33,555 nt of DNA from Candidatus Micrarchaeota archaeon (GCA_027328265.1 DAHVVD010000029.1:1-33555); one strand, 5' to 3'. Shown: positions 9,663-18,350, counted from the stretch's first letter. Translations and numbers: made by a program. Notes: generated by a model not told the origin, from the sequence alone.

Positions 9663-9758
9663 CGGGCCCGGCGGGATTTTCAGAACCAAAATGTCCGTTT
9701 GAACCCGCGACCATCAGATTAGAAGTCTGCCGCTCTATCCAAGCTGAGCTACGGGCCC
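9663..9758 (-). tRNA. tRNA-Arg(TCT) with a 21-nt intron at position 59/60 (intron 9677-9697)
   Basis: Minus strand folds as GGGCCCG/CGGGCCC acceptor, GCTC/GAGC D-stem, anticodon loop CTTCTAA and GCGGG/CCCGC T-stem. Removing 21 nt restores the T-loop TTCAAAT. CCA is not encoded. Confidence 0.93.
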
Positions 9759-9764
9759 GCGCTA

Positions 9765-10496
9765 TCATATGTAAAAGTACTCTTTAATAGTTTTGGTTAT
9801 CCGCTCCGCCGTTTCATCAAGGCTCAGTCCCTTGATAGTTGCAATATAATTCACCACGTCAACCACATCTGCAGGTGTTTTGCCCACAGCAGGCGAGTCA
9901 GTTTCAGCAACTATACTACTAAGCTCAATGCTCTTTATAACCCTTTTCCTCCTGCCCGATTCTCCTGGAGGCATCGAGATTATGTAGCCTCTCCTTTCAG
10001 CGCGCTTTGCCATCTCCTCGTCTCCCTCGAAAAAATGAAAGACGGCGCGCTCTACCTCTTCCTTCTCGAGTATCTCCATCACCTTCCCGATAGCCTTCCT
10101 TGCATGTACAACAACTGGAAACCCCAGCTCCTTCGCCACAGCTATCTGCTTTGTGAAGGCATCGACTTGCCTTTCCATCCCTACCGCCTCAAGTATTGTC
10201 TCGTCAAGCCCGATCTCCCCGATGCCGATTATGTTCTTGTTCATCTTCACCAAGTCCATCAGCTCTGCTATCTGTTCGTAATTGGATCCGGAAAAATCAG
10301 GGCTTATTCCAACAACCCCGTATACGCCTTCCTTCGCAAGCTCAAGCATCCTGACATTGCTACTCGCGTTGCTGCCTGCAGTTATGATTATACCGACTCC
10401 CCTCATTCTCGAATCATAGATGACTTTCTCAGCGTCATCGAAAAGGTCTAGGTGGCAGTGGGCATCGGAGAAGGCAACCGCATCCTCCATCCTCAT
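9765..10496 (-). CDS. tatD: TatD family deoxyribonuclease
   Basis: DAHCHL, GEIGLD, VVHAR, FHFF and ETDSP metal-binding motifs. Start is probably ATG 10496 or 10490. Confidence 0.93.
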   Translation of the reverse strand: MRMEDAVAFSDAHCHLDLFDDAEKVIYDSRMRGVGIIITAGSNASSNVRMLELAKEGVYGVVGISPDFSGSNYEQIAELMDLVKMNKNIIGIGEIGLDETILEAVGMERQVDAFTKQIAVAKELGFPVVVHARKAIGKVMEILEKEEVERAVFHFFEGDEEMAKRAERRGYIISMPPGESGRRKRVIKSIELSSIVAETDSPAVGKTPADVVDVVNYIATIKGLSLDETAERITKTIKEYFYI

Positions 10497-10604
10497 TAGC
10501 CTTGTAGAAGCCTGAGCCGTACCTTGCACAGAATCACTAAGAATCTTTATATATTGATATTGACTAAACTATAAAAGTGTAGCCGTTTCCACAGCGTGTA
10601 GCCT

Positions 10605-11705
10605 ATGGCATCCTCAAGTACTAAAACAAGACAAACACAAGCCTCGAAGAAGGCTCAGGCATTGACATACGCAGCAGTAGCGTTCAGCATAATCGCGATT
10701 CTGATTTCTTCCTATTCTTTCATACACCCAAAGATTAAGACGGTTTACGTGAACACAACCGTCTATCTGAACGGCACCTCGCCTCCGACAACGCTTACTA
10801 AATACAATATCAGTGGCACCCTCATAACGCCACCGTACTCACTCGCATCAGATCCTGTGATCAATAAGTCGGCGCCGTTCGGCAGGACACTCAATGGAAT
10901 AAACCAGCCTCTTAACTCCAGCTCCCTTGCAGTAATAAACAAAGCCCCAAATTCCTATTTCGAGACAGCAGGCCTCAAGTACCTCAACAACTCGCTCTCG
11001 AACCAGGTTGGGGCATCGGCTAACCCTGTGCCAGCGTTCATGGTCAACGGCAAGCCTTCTGTCATATACTTCGGCTCTATAACATGCATCTTCTGCGGCG
11101 AGAACAGATGGGCTATGGCGCTTGCACTTTCCAGATTCGGCAACTTTTCCACACTTTACACAGGCTACAGTTCTCTTGGCGACGCTGATCTGCCCACACT
11201 CTACTGGTCTCCTGCGCATTACAACCAGTCCGCAGTGGATCTCGGCTCCTTCTACAGCAGCAATTATATAAACTTCATAGCGATCGAGGACACCGACCCG
11301 ATAACCGGCGGCTTCAGCCTGCAGCCTGTCGCGACCATACAACAGGAAGTTAACAGCACAGGAAACACAGCCTACATGGACGCTATGGCATACCTAATTC
11401 AGACTGGGGACAAGTACAAGAATTTTGGAGGCACTCCTTACGCGATATGGGGCACATTCCAGATCGATGGCGCAGACGCTGTCGACTTAGGCAACACAAC
11501 CACCCAGATAAACTCGACGTATGCACTAGGATACATGACGCACGCGCAGGTTTTGCAGCAGCTCTCCAATCCAAACGACCAGTTCGCATGGACAGAGTAT
11601 GCCGCTGCCGATCTCTATGTTGCTATGATCTGCAGCACCATAAGCAACACAGCGCCTGTATGCAAGCTCTCAGCGGTACAGAGCCTGGAAGCACGCGGGT
11701 ATTGA
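10605..11705 (+). CDS. DUF929-like membrane-anchored extracellular thioredoxin-fold protein
   Basis: N-terminal TM anchor; GKPSVIYFGSITCIFCGENRWAMALALSRFGNFS with CxxC; many N-glycosylation sequons; C-terminal IC....APVC. Confidence 0.8.
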   Translation: MASSSTKTRQTQASKKAQALTYAAVAFSIIAILISSYSFIHPKIKTVYVNTTVYLNGTSPPTTLTKYNISGTLITPPYSLASDPVINKSAPFGRTLNGINQPLNSSSLAVINKAPNSYFETAGLKYLNNSLSNQVGASANPVPAFMVNGKPSVIYFGSITCIFCGENRWAMALALSRFGNFSTLYTGYSSLGDADLPTLYWSPAHYNQSAVDLGSFYSSNYINFIAIEDTDPITGGFSLQPVATIQQEVNSTGNTAYMDAMAYLIQTGDKYKNFGGTPYAIWGTFQIDGADAVDLGNTTTQINSTYALGYMTHAQVLQQLSNPNDQFAWTEYAAADLYVAMICSTISNTAPVCKLSAVQSLEARGY

Positions 11706-11706
11706 A

Positions 11707-12237
11707 GTGCCACAGGCCAGTGTGAAGCCGGGAAGGTTCCTCGTATTCAAATCTATCTTCTCTTCCCCATTCTCATTGGTGCTCTTAGCAACCGCCTCCA
11801 TTGCATATTACTATTTCATAATGTATATCATAAGGATAAGCGGCAGCGGCCTTGCCCTCGTAACAGCGCCGATCTACCTGATATATCTTACCGTAGTCAC
11901 GTCAGGTCTGCTTCTCACCATCAGCATATACTCCCTGCATCTCTCCCTGAAAAGCATGGCGAGCGAGGTGTCGGAGGGGGCAGCAAGCGTAGTAACCGTC
12001 TTCATAGGAAGCCTTGTTTCGAGCTGCGGATGCAGCGCGCCAATCCTTGGCACCATCCTTTACGGGATAGGATTTGACTCGGTAGGAGTCAGCGGCATAC
12101 TCTCGTTCGTCGGTTCGAACCAGTACCTCCTCCTTGGCATAATCTCCCTTGCAAACCTGCTCCTGATCTACTATTCCCTAGGGAAACTCTCAGGGGAATG
12201 CAAACTCAAGAACGGCAGGATAGTTCCAAGAAAGTAA
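11707..12237 (+). CDS. Hypothetical 4-TM membrane protein with an SSCGCS motif
   Basis: Hydrophobic segments with SSCGCSAPILG; GTG start 1 nt after the DUF929 stop. Confidence 0.75.
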   Translation: MPQASVKPGRFLVFKSIFSSPFSLVLLATASIAYYYFIMYIIRISGSGLALVTAPIYLIYLTVVTSGLLLTISIYSLHLSLKSMASEVSEGAASVVTVFIGSLVSSCGCSAPILGTILYGIGFDSVGVSGILSFVGSNQYLLLGIISLANLLLIYYSLGKLSGECKLKNGRIVPRK

Positions 12238-12359
12238 GGCAGAAACTTCTCCTCGCAGCTCCTCTGACAAAAACAAAGTAATATTTTTAAATGGCAAGAA
12301 AACAAGCAAATACTTGATTGCCCAAGCCCGCGCAGAAGGCGTTTATAAACCTTTGTTTT

Positions 12360-12407
12360 ATACATTCTGTAGTATTCCTGTAATATTAAAAACACAATAG
12401 GTAGTAG
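12360..12407 (+). promoter_or_regulatory. Two NrdR-box-like sites (12360-12375, 12392-12407), 32 bp apart, upstream of nrdA
   Basis: ATACATTCTGTAGTAT and ACACAATAGGTAGTAG match the recalled consensus acaCwAtATaTwGtgt at 11/16 and 12/16. They lie downstream of TATA-like TTTATAAA (12342-12349). Confidence 0.45.
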
Positions 12408-12424
12408 TGTATAGGTAGTAGTGT
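12397..12424 (+). repeat. Perfect 14-bp tandem duplication ATAGGTAGTAGTGT x2
   Basis: Read directly at 12397-12410 and 12411-12424, ending 6 nt before the nrdA ATG. Confidence 0.9.
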
Positions 12425-12430
12425 GGTTGG

Positions 12431-15349
12431 ATGGCGTGGGGCAAGTTCGAAAATGTGAAAAAGCGCGATGGCACTGTAGACGAATTCAGGCCCGAGAAGA
12501 TAAACGAGGCCATAAGGAAGGCGATAGTTGCCACGAGAGGCAGTTCACTGGGCATAGACCTCAACGCCCTTACCGAGCATGCGCTGAAGAACATAGCGGT
12601 CAGATACGCAGGTTATAAGGCGCCTGACGTGGAAGGGGTACAGGACGTCGTCGAAAGGACACTCATGGAATTCGGCCTCTATGACGTCGCAAAGGCTTAC
12701 ATACTATACAGGGAAAGGCACAGGGAGATACGCGAGCGGAAGCAGCAGGAACTGCTGCAGGCAATAGAGCACGGCAATGTCAACGTAGTGAAGAGGAACG
12801 GAAGCAAAGAACGGTTCAAGGAGGCAAAACTCAAGGCATACCTATCGAGGGCATGCAAGGGCTTCGAGGGGGTTGTGGACGTAGAAATGCTGGCAAGGCA
12901 ATGCGAACTAGGGCTCTACGACGGGATAACTACGGCTGATATTTCAAAGCTGGCCATCATGTCATCAAAGGCGATGATAGAGCAGGATCTGGTCTCATAC
13001 GAGGCGATAACTGCAAGGCTCTTTCTCTCGTCTCTCTACAAGGAGGCCCTCCTCCCTGGATTCTCGGGCAACATGGAGAAGGCCTATCGCGATTCATTTG
13101 TTTCTTACATAGGGAAGTCAGTGGCCCAGGGCTTCCTTTCAAAGGAGATGCTCAATTTTGACTTGGAGAAACTCTCAAAGGCGCTCTCTATAGACCGCGA
13201 TCTCCTGATGAACAGCAGGGGCCTCCAGACCCTCTGCGACAGGTATTTCATAAAGGACAAGGAATCCTATCATGCAAGCGAGACGCCTCAGTTCTTCTGG
13301 ATGCGCGTGGCCATGGGACTCTCGCTTAACGAGAAGGACAGGGAAGCAAGTGCGATGCAGTTCTACGAGGCAATGTCATTGCTCAGGTTCGTGCCCTCCA
13401 CTCCTACACTATTCCATTCCGGCACGCCCAGGCCGCAGCTAAGCTCATGCTACCTTACAACAGTAGAGGACGACCTCACCCACATCTTCAAGGCGATATC
13501 CGACAACGCCCAGCTCTCCAAGTGGTCAGGAGGACTTGGCAACGACTGGACCAACATCAGGGCCACAGGCTCGCCAATAAAGAGCACAAACGTCGAGAGC
13601 CAGGGGGTCATACCTTTTCTTAAGATAGCCAACGACACTACAGTCGCGATAAACCGCTCAGGCAAGAGGCGCGGCGCCACATGCGCCTACCTAGAGACAT
13701 GGCACATGGACATAGAGGACTTCATAGACCTCAGGAAGACCACAGGCGACGAGAGGAGGAGGACTCACGACATGGACACTGCGAACTGGATACCTGACCT
13801 CTTCATGAAGCGCGTTATGAACGACGAGAACTGGACGCTCTTTTCTCCAAACGACGTGCCCGAGCTTCACCAGACCTACGGCAAGAAATTCGAGGAGAAG
13901 TACCTTGAGTATGAGAGGATGGCTGCCGAGGGCAAGATCCCACTCTTCAAGACAGTGCGCGCAGCCTCGCTCTGGAGGAGGATGATAACCTCGCTCTTCG
14001 AGACCGGCCACCCATGGATGGTCTTCAAGGATCCAGCCAACGTGCGTTCTCCGCAGGACCACGCCGGCGTGGTGCACAGCTCAAACCTATGCACTGAGAT
14101 AACCCTCAACACGGCCAAGGACGAGACAGCCGTCTGCAACCTCGGCTCGATAAACATACCGATGCACATACGCAACGGCCATCTCGACAGCGAGCTGCTG
14201 AAAGAGACGATACTGACAGCGATGCGCATGCTAGACAATGTCATAGACATAAACTATTATCCAACTCCAGAGGCAAAGAACTCGAACATGAAACACAGAC
14301 CGGTAGGTCTGGGCATAATGGGCTGGCAGGACGCGCTCTACGCGCTCGGGCTGAGCTTCGATTCTGAGGAGGGGGTGGAGCTCGCGGACGAGAGCATGGA
14401 AACCATCTCCTATTATGCCATATTGGCCTCGACTGAGCTCGCCAGGGAGCGCGGGCATTATGAGACATTCAAGGGCTCAAAGTGGGACCGCAGCCTACTT
14501 CCAATAGACACACTTGACATGCTTGAGCAGCAGCGAGGCATCAAGATAGACGTTCCGAGGACATCTAGGATGGACTGGTCTATAGTAAGGAACGCGATAA
14601 AGCAGTACGGCATGAGGAACTCGAACTGCATGGCCATAGCCCCCACGGCGACGATTTCCAACATAGCAGGCTGCTATCCTTCGACAGAGCCGATCTACAA
14701 GAACATCTACGTCAAGTCCAACATGAGCGGTGAATTCACCGTGGTCAACAAGTACCTCGTCGAGGACCTCAAGGCACTTGAGCTCTGGAATCGCACCACG
14801 CTCGAAAAGATAAAGGAGGCAGACGGCAACCTCCAGAACATTGAGTACATACCCCAGAAGCTGAAGAAGAAGTATAAGGAGGCATTCGACATAGAACCGG
14901 AATGGCTCATACGTTCAGCAGCGAGGAGGGCGAAGTGGATAGACCAGAGCCAATCGCTAAACATCTTCAGCGCCACCAACTCCGGCAAGCGCCTCGCCGA
15001 GATATACATGTACGCATGGAAGATGGGACTCAAGTCAACCTACTACCTGAGGACTATAGCGGCATCGGTGATAGAGAAGAGCACACTTGAGATTACAAAC
15101 AGGACAGCGAAGATAGTGATAGAGACCAAGATGAACGACGAGCAGAGGAACAATCCGCCGCTGCAGGAGAAGTCCGAGGCCGACGAGAACAACAGGATGG
15201 TCAGCGTTGGAGACTCCGGTTCGATGGCGCAGGTGCAGATAAAGAAAGAGGCATCGGCTCCAACTGAGCAGGAGACTGTTGAGGGTAAGGCATGCGGGGT
15301 TGACGGCCACCCGATGTCAGAAGAAGAGAACTGTGAAGCATGCCAGTAG
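12431..15349 (+). CDS. nrdA: Class I ribonucleotide reductase alpha subunit with two ATP cones
   Basis: ATP cones starting VKKRDG and VVKRNG; PSTPTLF, QLSSCY, SSNLCTEI, APTAT, STYYLR and C-terminal CEACQ. Confidence 0.97.
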   Translation: MAWGKFENVKKRDGTVDEFRPEKINEAIRKAIVATRGSSLGIDLNALTEHALKNIAVRYAGYKAPDVEGVQDVVERTLMEFGLYDVAKAYILYRERHREIRERKQQELLQAIEHGNVNVVKRNGSKERFKEAKLKAYLSRACKGFEGVVDVEMLARQCELGLYDGITTADISKLAIMSSKAMIEQDLVSYEAITARLFLSSLYKEALLPGFSGNMEKAYRDSFVSYIGKSVAQGFLSKEMLNFDLEKLSKALSIDRDLLMNSRGLQTLCDRYFIKDKESYHASETPQFFWMRVAMGLSLNEKDREASAMQFYEAMSLLRFVPSTPTLFHSGTPRPQLSSCYLTTVEDDLTHIFKAISDNAQLSKWSGGLGNDWTNIRATGSPIKSTNVESQGVIPFLKIANDTTVAINRSGKRRGATCAYLETWHMDIEDFIDLRKTTGDERRRTHDMDTANWIPDLFMKRVMNDENWTLFSPNDVPELHQTYGKKFEEKYLEYERMAAEGKIPLFKTVRAASLWRRMITSLFETGHPWMVFKDPANVRSPQDHAGVVHSSNLCTEITLNTAKDETAVCNLGSINIPMHIRNGHLDSELLKETILTAMRMLDNVIDINYYPTPEAKNSNMKHRPVGLGIMGWQDALYALGLSFDSEEGVELADESMETISYYAILASTELARERGHYETFKGSKWDRSLLPIDTLDMLEQQRGIKIDVPRTSRMDWSIVRNAIKQYGMRNSNCMAIAPTATISNIAGCYPSTEPIYKNIYVKSNMSGEFTVVNKYLVEDLKALELWNRTTLEKIKEADGNLQNIEYIPQKLKKKYKEAFDIEPEWLIRSAARRAKWIDQSQSLNIFSATNSGKRLAEIYMYAWKMGLKSTYYLRTIAASVIEKSTLEITNRTAKIVIETKMNDEQRNNPPLQEKSEADENNRMVSVGDSGSMAQVQIKKEASAPTEQETVEGKACGVDGHPMSEEENCEACQ

Positions 15350-15361
15350 AAATGTGATATC

Positions 15362-16360
15362 ATGAAGCAAATACTTAACGCGTCTGAAATTGACCCCAAC
15401 AAGATCCTCCCGATAAAATACGAATGGGCCAGGACCCATTACAAGGCAGGAGTCGCGAACAACTGGGTGCCTGAAGAGATACCGATGCAGCAGGACATAG
15501 AGCTCTGGAAGAAGAAGGGAGGCCTGAGCGACGAGGAAAGAAGGATGATACTCTGGAACCTTGGCTTCTTCTCCACAGCAGAGAGCCTGACAGCCAACAA
15601 CATAGTACTCTCGATATACAGGCACATAACAAACCCAGAGTCGAGGCAGTACTTACTGAGGCAGGCTTACGAAGAAGCTGTCCACACCGAGATGTTCCTC
15701 TACTGCTGCGATTCCCTCGGCCTGGACCCTGACGAGATATACAACATGTACAATACAGTACCTAGCATAAAGGCCAAGGACGATTTCGTGGTTGAGCTGA
15801 CAAAAACAATGCTCAATCCCAACTTCAGCACCGTGGGGAAGGAGAACATCCAGACGTTCGTCTACGACCTCGTGGGCTACTACATCATAATGGAAGGAAT
15901 CTTCTTCTACGCAGGATTCGCGATGATGCTCTCGCTCCTGAGGAGCAACAGGATGGTCGGCGTAGGCGAGCAGTTCCAGTACGTGCTGCGCGACGAGACT
16001 GTGCATCTGGCATTCGGCGCCGACCTGATAAACCAGATAGTCGAGGAGAACCCAGAGATCTGGACAGAGGACTTCAAGAAATCCATAACAGCTTCGATAC
16101 TCAAGGGCGTGGACCTCGAGATAGCATACGCGAGGGACGCCCTGCCCAAGGGCATACTCGGCCTGAATGCCGAGACCATAAAGGAGTACATGGAGTACAT
16201 AGCAGACAGGAGGCTCGAGAGGATAGGACTCAAGAAGGTCTTCAACTCCGAGAACCCGTTCCCATGGATGAGCGAGATCATAGACCTCAGGAAGGAGAAG
16301 AACTTCTTCGAGACAAGGGTAACAGAGTACAAGAACCGCGGAGAACTCTCTTGGGAGTAG
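15362..16360 (+). CDS. nrdB: Ribonucleotide reductase beta subunit, class Ic (R2c) signature
   Basis: Ferritin-like ligands E74, E105/H108, MEGIFFY and RDETVH. Phe112 occupies the radical-Tyr position. C-terminal KEKNFFETRVTEY. Confidence 0.95.
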   Translation: MKQILNASEIDPNKILPIKYEWARTHYKAGVANNWVPEEIPMQQDIELWKKKGGLSDEERRMILWNLGFFSTAESLTANNIVLSIYRHITNPESRQYLLRQAYEEAVHTEMFLYCCDSLGLDPDEIYNMYNTVPSIKAKDDFVVELTKTMLNPNFSTVGKENIQTFVYDLVGYYIIMEGIFFYAGFAMMLSLLRSNRMVGVGEQFQYVLRDETVHLAFGADLINQIVEENPEIWTEDFKKSITASILKGVDLEIAYARDALPKGILGLNAETIKEYMEYIADRRLERIGLKKVFNSENPFPWMSEIIDLRKEKNFFETRVTEYKNRGELSWE

Positions 16361-16394
16361 CAAAACAAGCTACTTGCAGCGCAGCATCAACTAT

Positions 16395-16506
16395 AGCTTA
16401 TTAAAGATAGCTTTTTCTTATATATTCGATTCACTTGGCGGCGTTCAAGCTCCAAAGCGCCATGGAGTACCTGATGACCTACGGATGGGCCATACTGATA
16501 ATTGCA
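16395..16506 (+). repeat. Copy 1 of a ~110-bp duplicated promoter plus class III signal peptide segment
   Basis: AGCTTATTAAAGATAGCTTTTTCTTATATAT...TGGCGGCGTTCAAGCTCCAAAGCGC..TGGAGTACCTGATGAC.TACGGATGGGC, closely matching 17366-17476. Confidence 0.85.
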
Positions 16507-17313
16507 GTTGTACTGGGTGCGCTCTTCACACTTGGATTCTTCAATTCTGCTAACCTGGCTCCAAAAGTGCCTCCTGGAAGCTGCAAGGTCTACAGACCGA
16601 ACGGCCCAGGAACCACGTCGTACATAAACACTGAAGGAACATGCAATAATGGTCTGCCGCAATATGCCGCAAAATTCAACGGGGCCTCGAGTTACATAAA
16701 CCTCGGCTCAGGCGTCTCTTCTTATACATCTGGAAACTTCGCGGTAAGCTTCTGGGCTTACGCTACAGGTGCTTCAGGTTCTACGGCAGTTTCTTCCGTT
16801 GCTTCTGGAGGATGGAATAGCAATCTCTTTGTCATTTATGTTGGAGATACAGCCATTAACGGCGCGGCTAAAGTATACTGGAATGGCGGAACCATAGCTA
16901 CAGCTGCTGCAGCCTCAACCGTAACGAACGGCTGGCACTTTTTTGCAGTTACGGATAATGGGGGCACCATGAATATATATATCGACGGAGCTAATGCCGC
17001 GGCCGGCTCAGTCAGCGGTACAATCACCGCGGTCTCTACGTTTATAGGAGCTGCTGATGATGATGGCAGCCCTACGCAATTTTATCCCGGAGAGATTTCA
17101 AATGTGCAGATCTACAACAGTTCTTTATCCCAAAACGAAATAACAAGCCTTTATGACGAGGGTATTGGTGGCGCGCCGATAGTACTACCATGGCTTGTGG
17201 GATGGTGGCCTCTGAACGGCAACGGCAAGGACTACAGCGGAGACCTCAACAACGGAGCTGTGACTAACACGGTATTCATAACTTCTTGGACATCCAGCTA
17301 TTCGGCACCATGA
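16435..17313 (+). CDS. Type IV pilin-like protein with class III signal peptide and LamG/concanavalin-like domain
   Basis: KLQSAMEYLMTYGWAILII N-terminus; LamG motifs FNGASSYI, FAVSFW, NGWHFFAVT, IYIDG, GEISNVQIYNSSLSQNEI and LVGWWPLNGNGKDYSG. TTG start. Confidence 0.88.
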   Translation: MAAFKLQSAMEYLMTYGWAILIIAVVLGALFTLGFFNSANLAPKVPPGSCKVYRPNGPGTTSYINTEGTCNNGLPQYAAKFNGASSYINLGSGVSSYTSGNFAVSFWAYATGASGSTAVSSVASGGWNSNLFVIYVGDTAINGAAKVYWNGGTIATAAAASTVTNGWHFFAVTDNGGTMNIYIDGANAAAGSVSGTITAVSTFIGAADDDGSPTQFYPGEISNVQIYNSSLSQNEITSLYDEGIGGAPIVLPWLVGWWPLNGNGKDYSGDLNNGAVTNTVFITSWTSSYSAP

Positions 17314-17365
17314 TTTTACTTAAAATCTGCGGCAGCCCTGCCAAACAAGGAATCAAGATTAGTAA

Positions 17366-17476
17366 AGCTTATTAAAGATTGCTTTTCTTATATATGGGAT
17401 TCTCATGGCGGCATTTAAGCTCCAAAGCGCATTGGAGTACCTGATGACGTACGGATGGGCGATACTTATCATTGCC
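17366..17476 (+). repeat. Copy 2 of the duplicated promoter plus signal peptide segment
   Basis: AGCTTATTAAAGATTGCTTTTCTTATATAT...ATGGCGGCATTTAAGCTCCAAAGCGCATTGGAGTACCTGATGACGTACGGATGGGC. Confidence 0.85.
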
Positions 17477-17902
17477 ATAGTTATTGCCGCACTCTTCCTT
17501 ATCGGAGCATTCAACGGAGGACTAGGCACTTTCTGCAACGCCCAACCAGGCTACACCTGCTCAGTGACACAGTACAGCGCAGCTACAGGCAACCTAGTCG
17601 TGGTCATAGGCCAGAGTTCAGGCTCGTCATGGATGACTGCCAACGCTGCCTTTGTTCCTACAGCATCTGAGTCCAACGTAGTAAGCACAAGCTCTATTTC
17701 GGCCTTCTCTCAAAACACAGCCGCACTAGCAAACCTTGGCTCAGGAACCAGCGCAGCAGTCACGCTTCCAGTCTCAGCACCAGGCACCGTAGCAGGCTCC
17801 AGCACAACTGGTTACATCTGGGTGCAGTACACAACCGCAACCACCGGATCGGGCTCATCTGTGCTCGTCCAAGTGGCAACAGTCGGTGCAAAGGCGACAT
17901 AA
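17405..17902 (+). CDS. Archaeal type IV pilin-like protein (class III signal peptide)
   Basis: KLQSALEYLMTYGWAILII, CNAQPGYTC Cys pair and a small S/T/A-rich beta head ending GYIWVQY. Confidence 0.88.
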   Translation: MAAFKLQSALEYLMTYGWAILIIAIVIAALFLIGAFNGGLGTFCNAQPGYTCSVTQYSAATGNLVVVIGQSSGSSWMTANAAFVPTASESNVVSTSSISAFSQNTAALANLGSGTSAAVTLPVSAPGTVAGSSTTGYIWVQYTTATTGSGSSVLVQVATVGAKAT

Positions 17903-18053
17903 CCTTCGCCTTATTACATTAATTCGGCATATATAGCTTGCCAGCGCTCAAGCTCACAAAAGCCAAGTGCGCTCTAGAAAGCTGCCGAGAGGTCTGAAAA
18001 GCCAGAAAAGGCTAAATACCTATAGATATAAAGTTAATCTGCGATAGAAAAGC

Positions 18054-18350
18054 ATGAGCTACACGAACAGGAACATCGTCATAAACGAGCTTATAGGCCT
18101 GCGGGCAAGGGTCATCGGATCCTTAGACAAAAAGCAGAAGGGCATAAGCGGAAAAGTAACGGACGAGACCAAGAACACCCTCATGCTCGCAACGCAGAAA
18201 GGAGAGGTCCGCATCATAAAGTCCACCTCAACATTCAGGTTTTACACGCCTGACGGAAGCTTCGTTGTTGAGGGAAAGGAGATCTCCTTCAGGCCAGACG
18301 AGCGGACAGGAAAGGCAATGAAGTACTACAAGAGGAGAAAAGAAAGGTAA
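18054..18350 (+). CDS. rnp1: Ribonuclease P protein component 1 (Rpp29/Pop4)
   Basis: ELIGLRARVI, GKVTDETKNTL and RPDER; usual position before S17. Confidence 0.93.
   Translation: MSYTNRNIVINELIGLRARVIGSLDKKQKGISGKVTDETKNTLMLATQKGEVRIIKSTSTFRFYTPDGSFVVEGKEISFRPDERTGKAMKYYKRRKER

Noticed and set aside
15362..16360. R2lox (ligand-binding oxidase) interpretation of the Tyr-less R2
   Set aside because: The gene directly follows nrdA and keeps the C-terminal NFFE..V.EY radical-transfer tail typical of RNR beta subunits.
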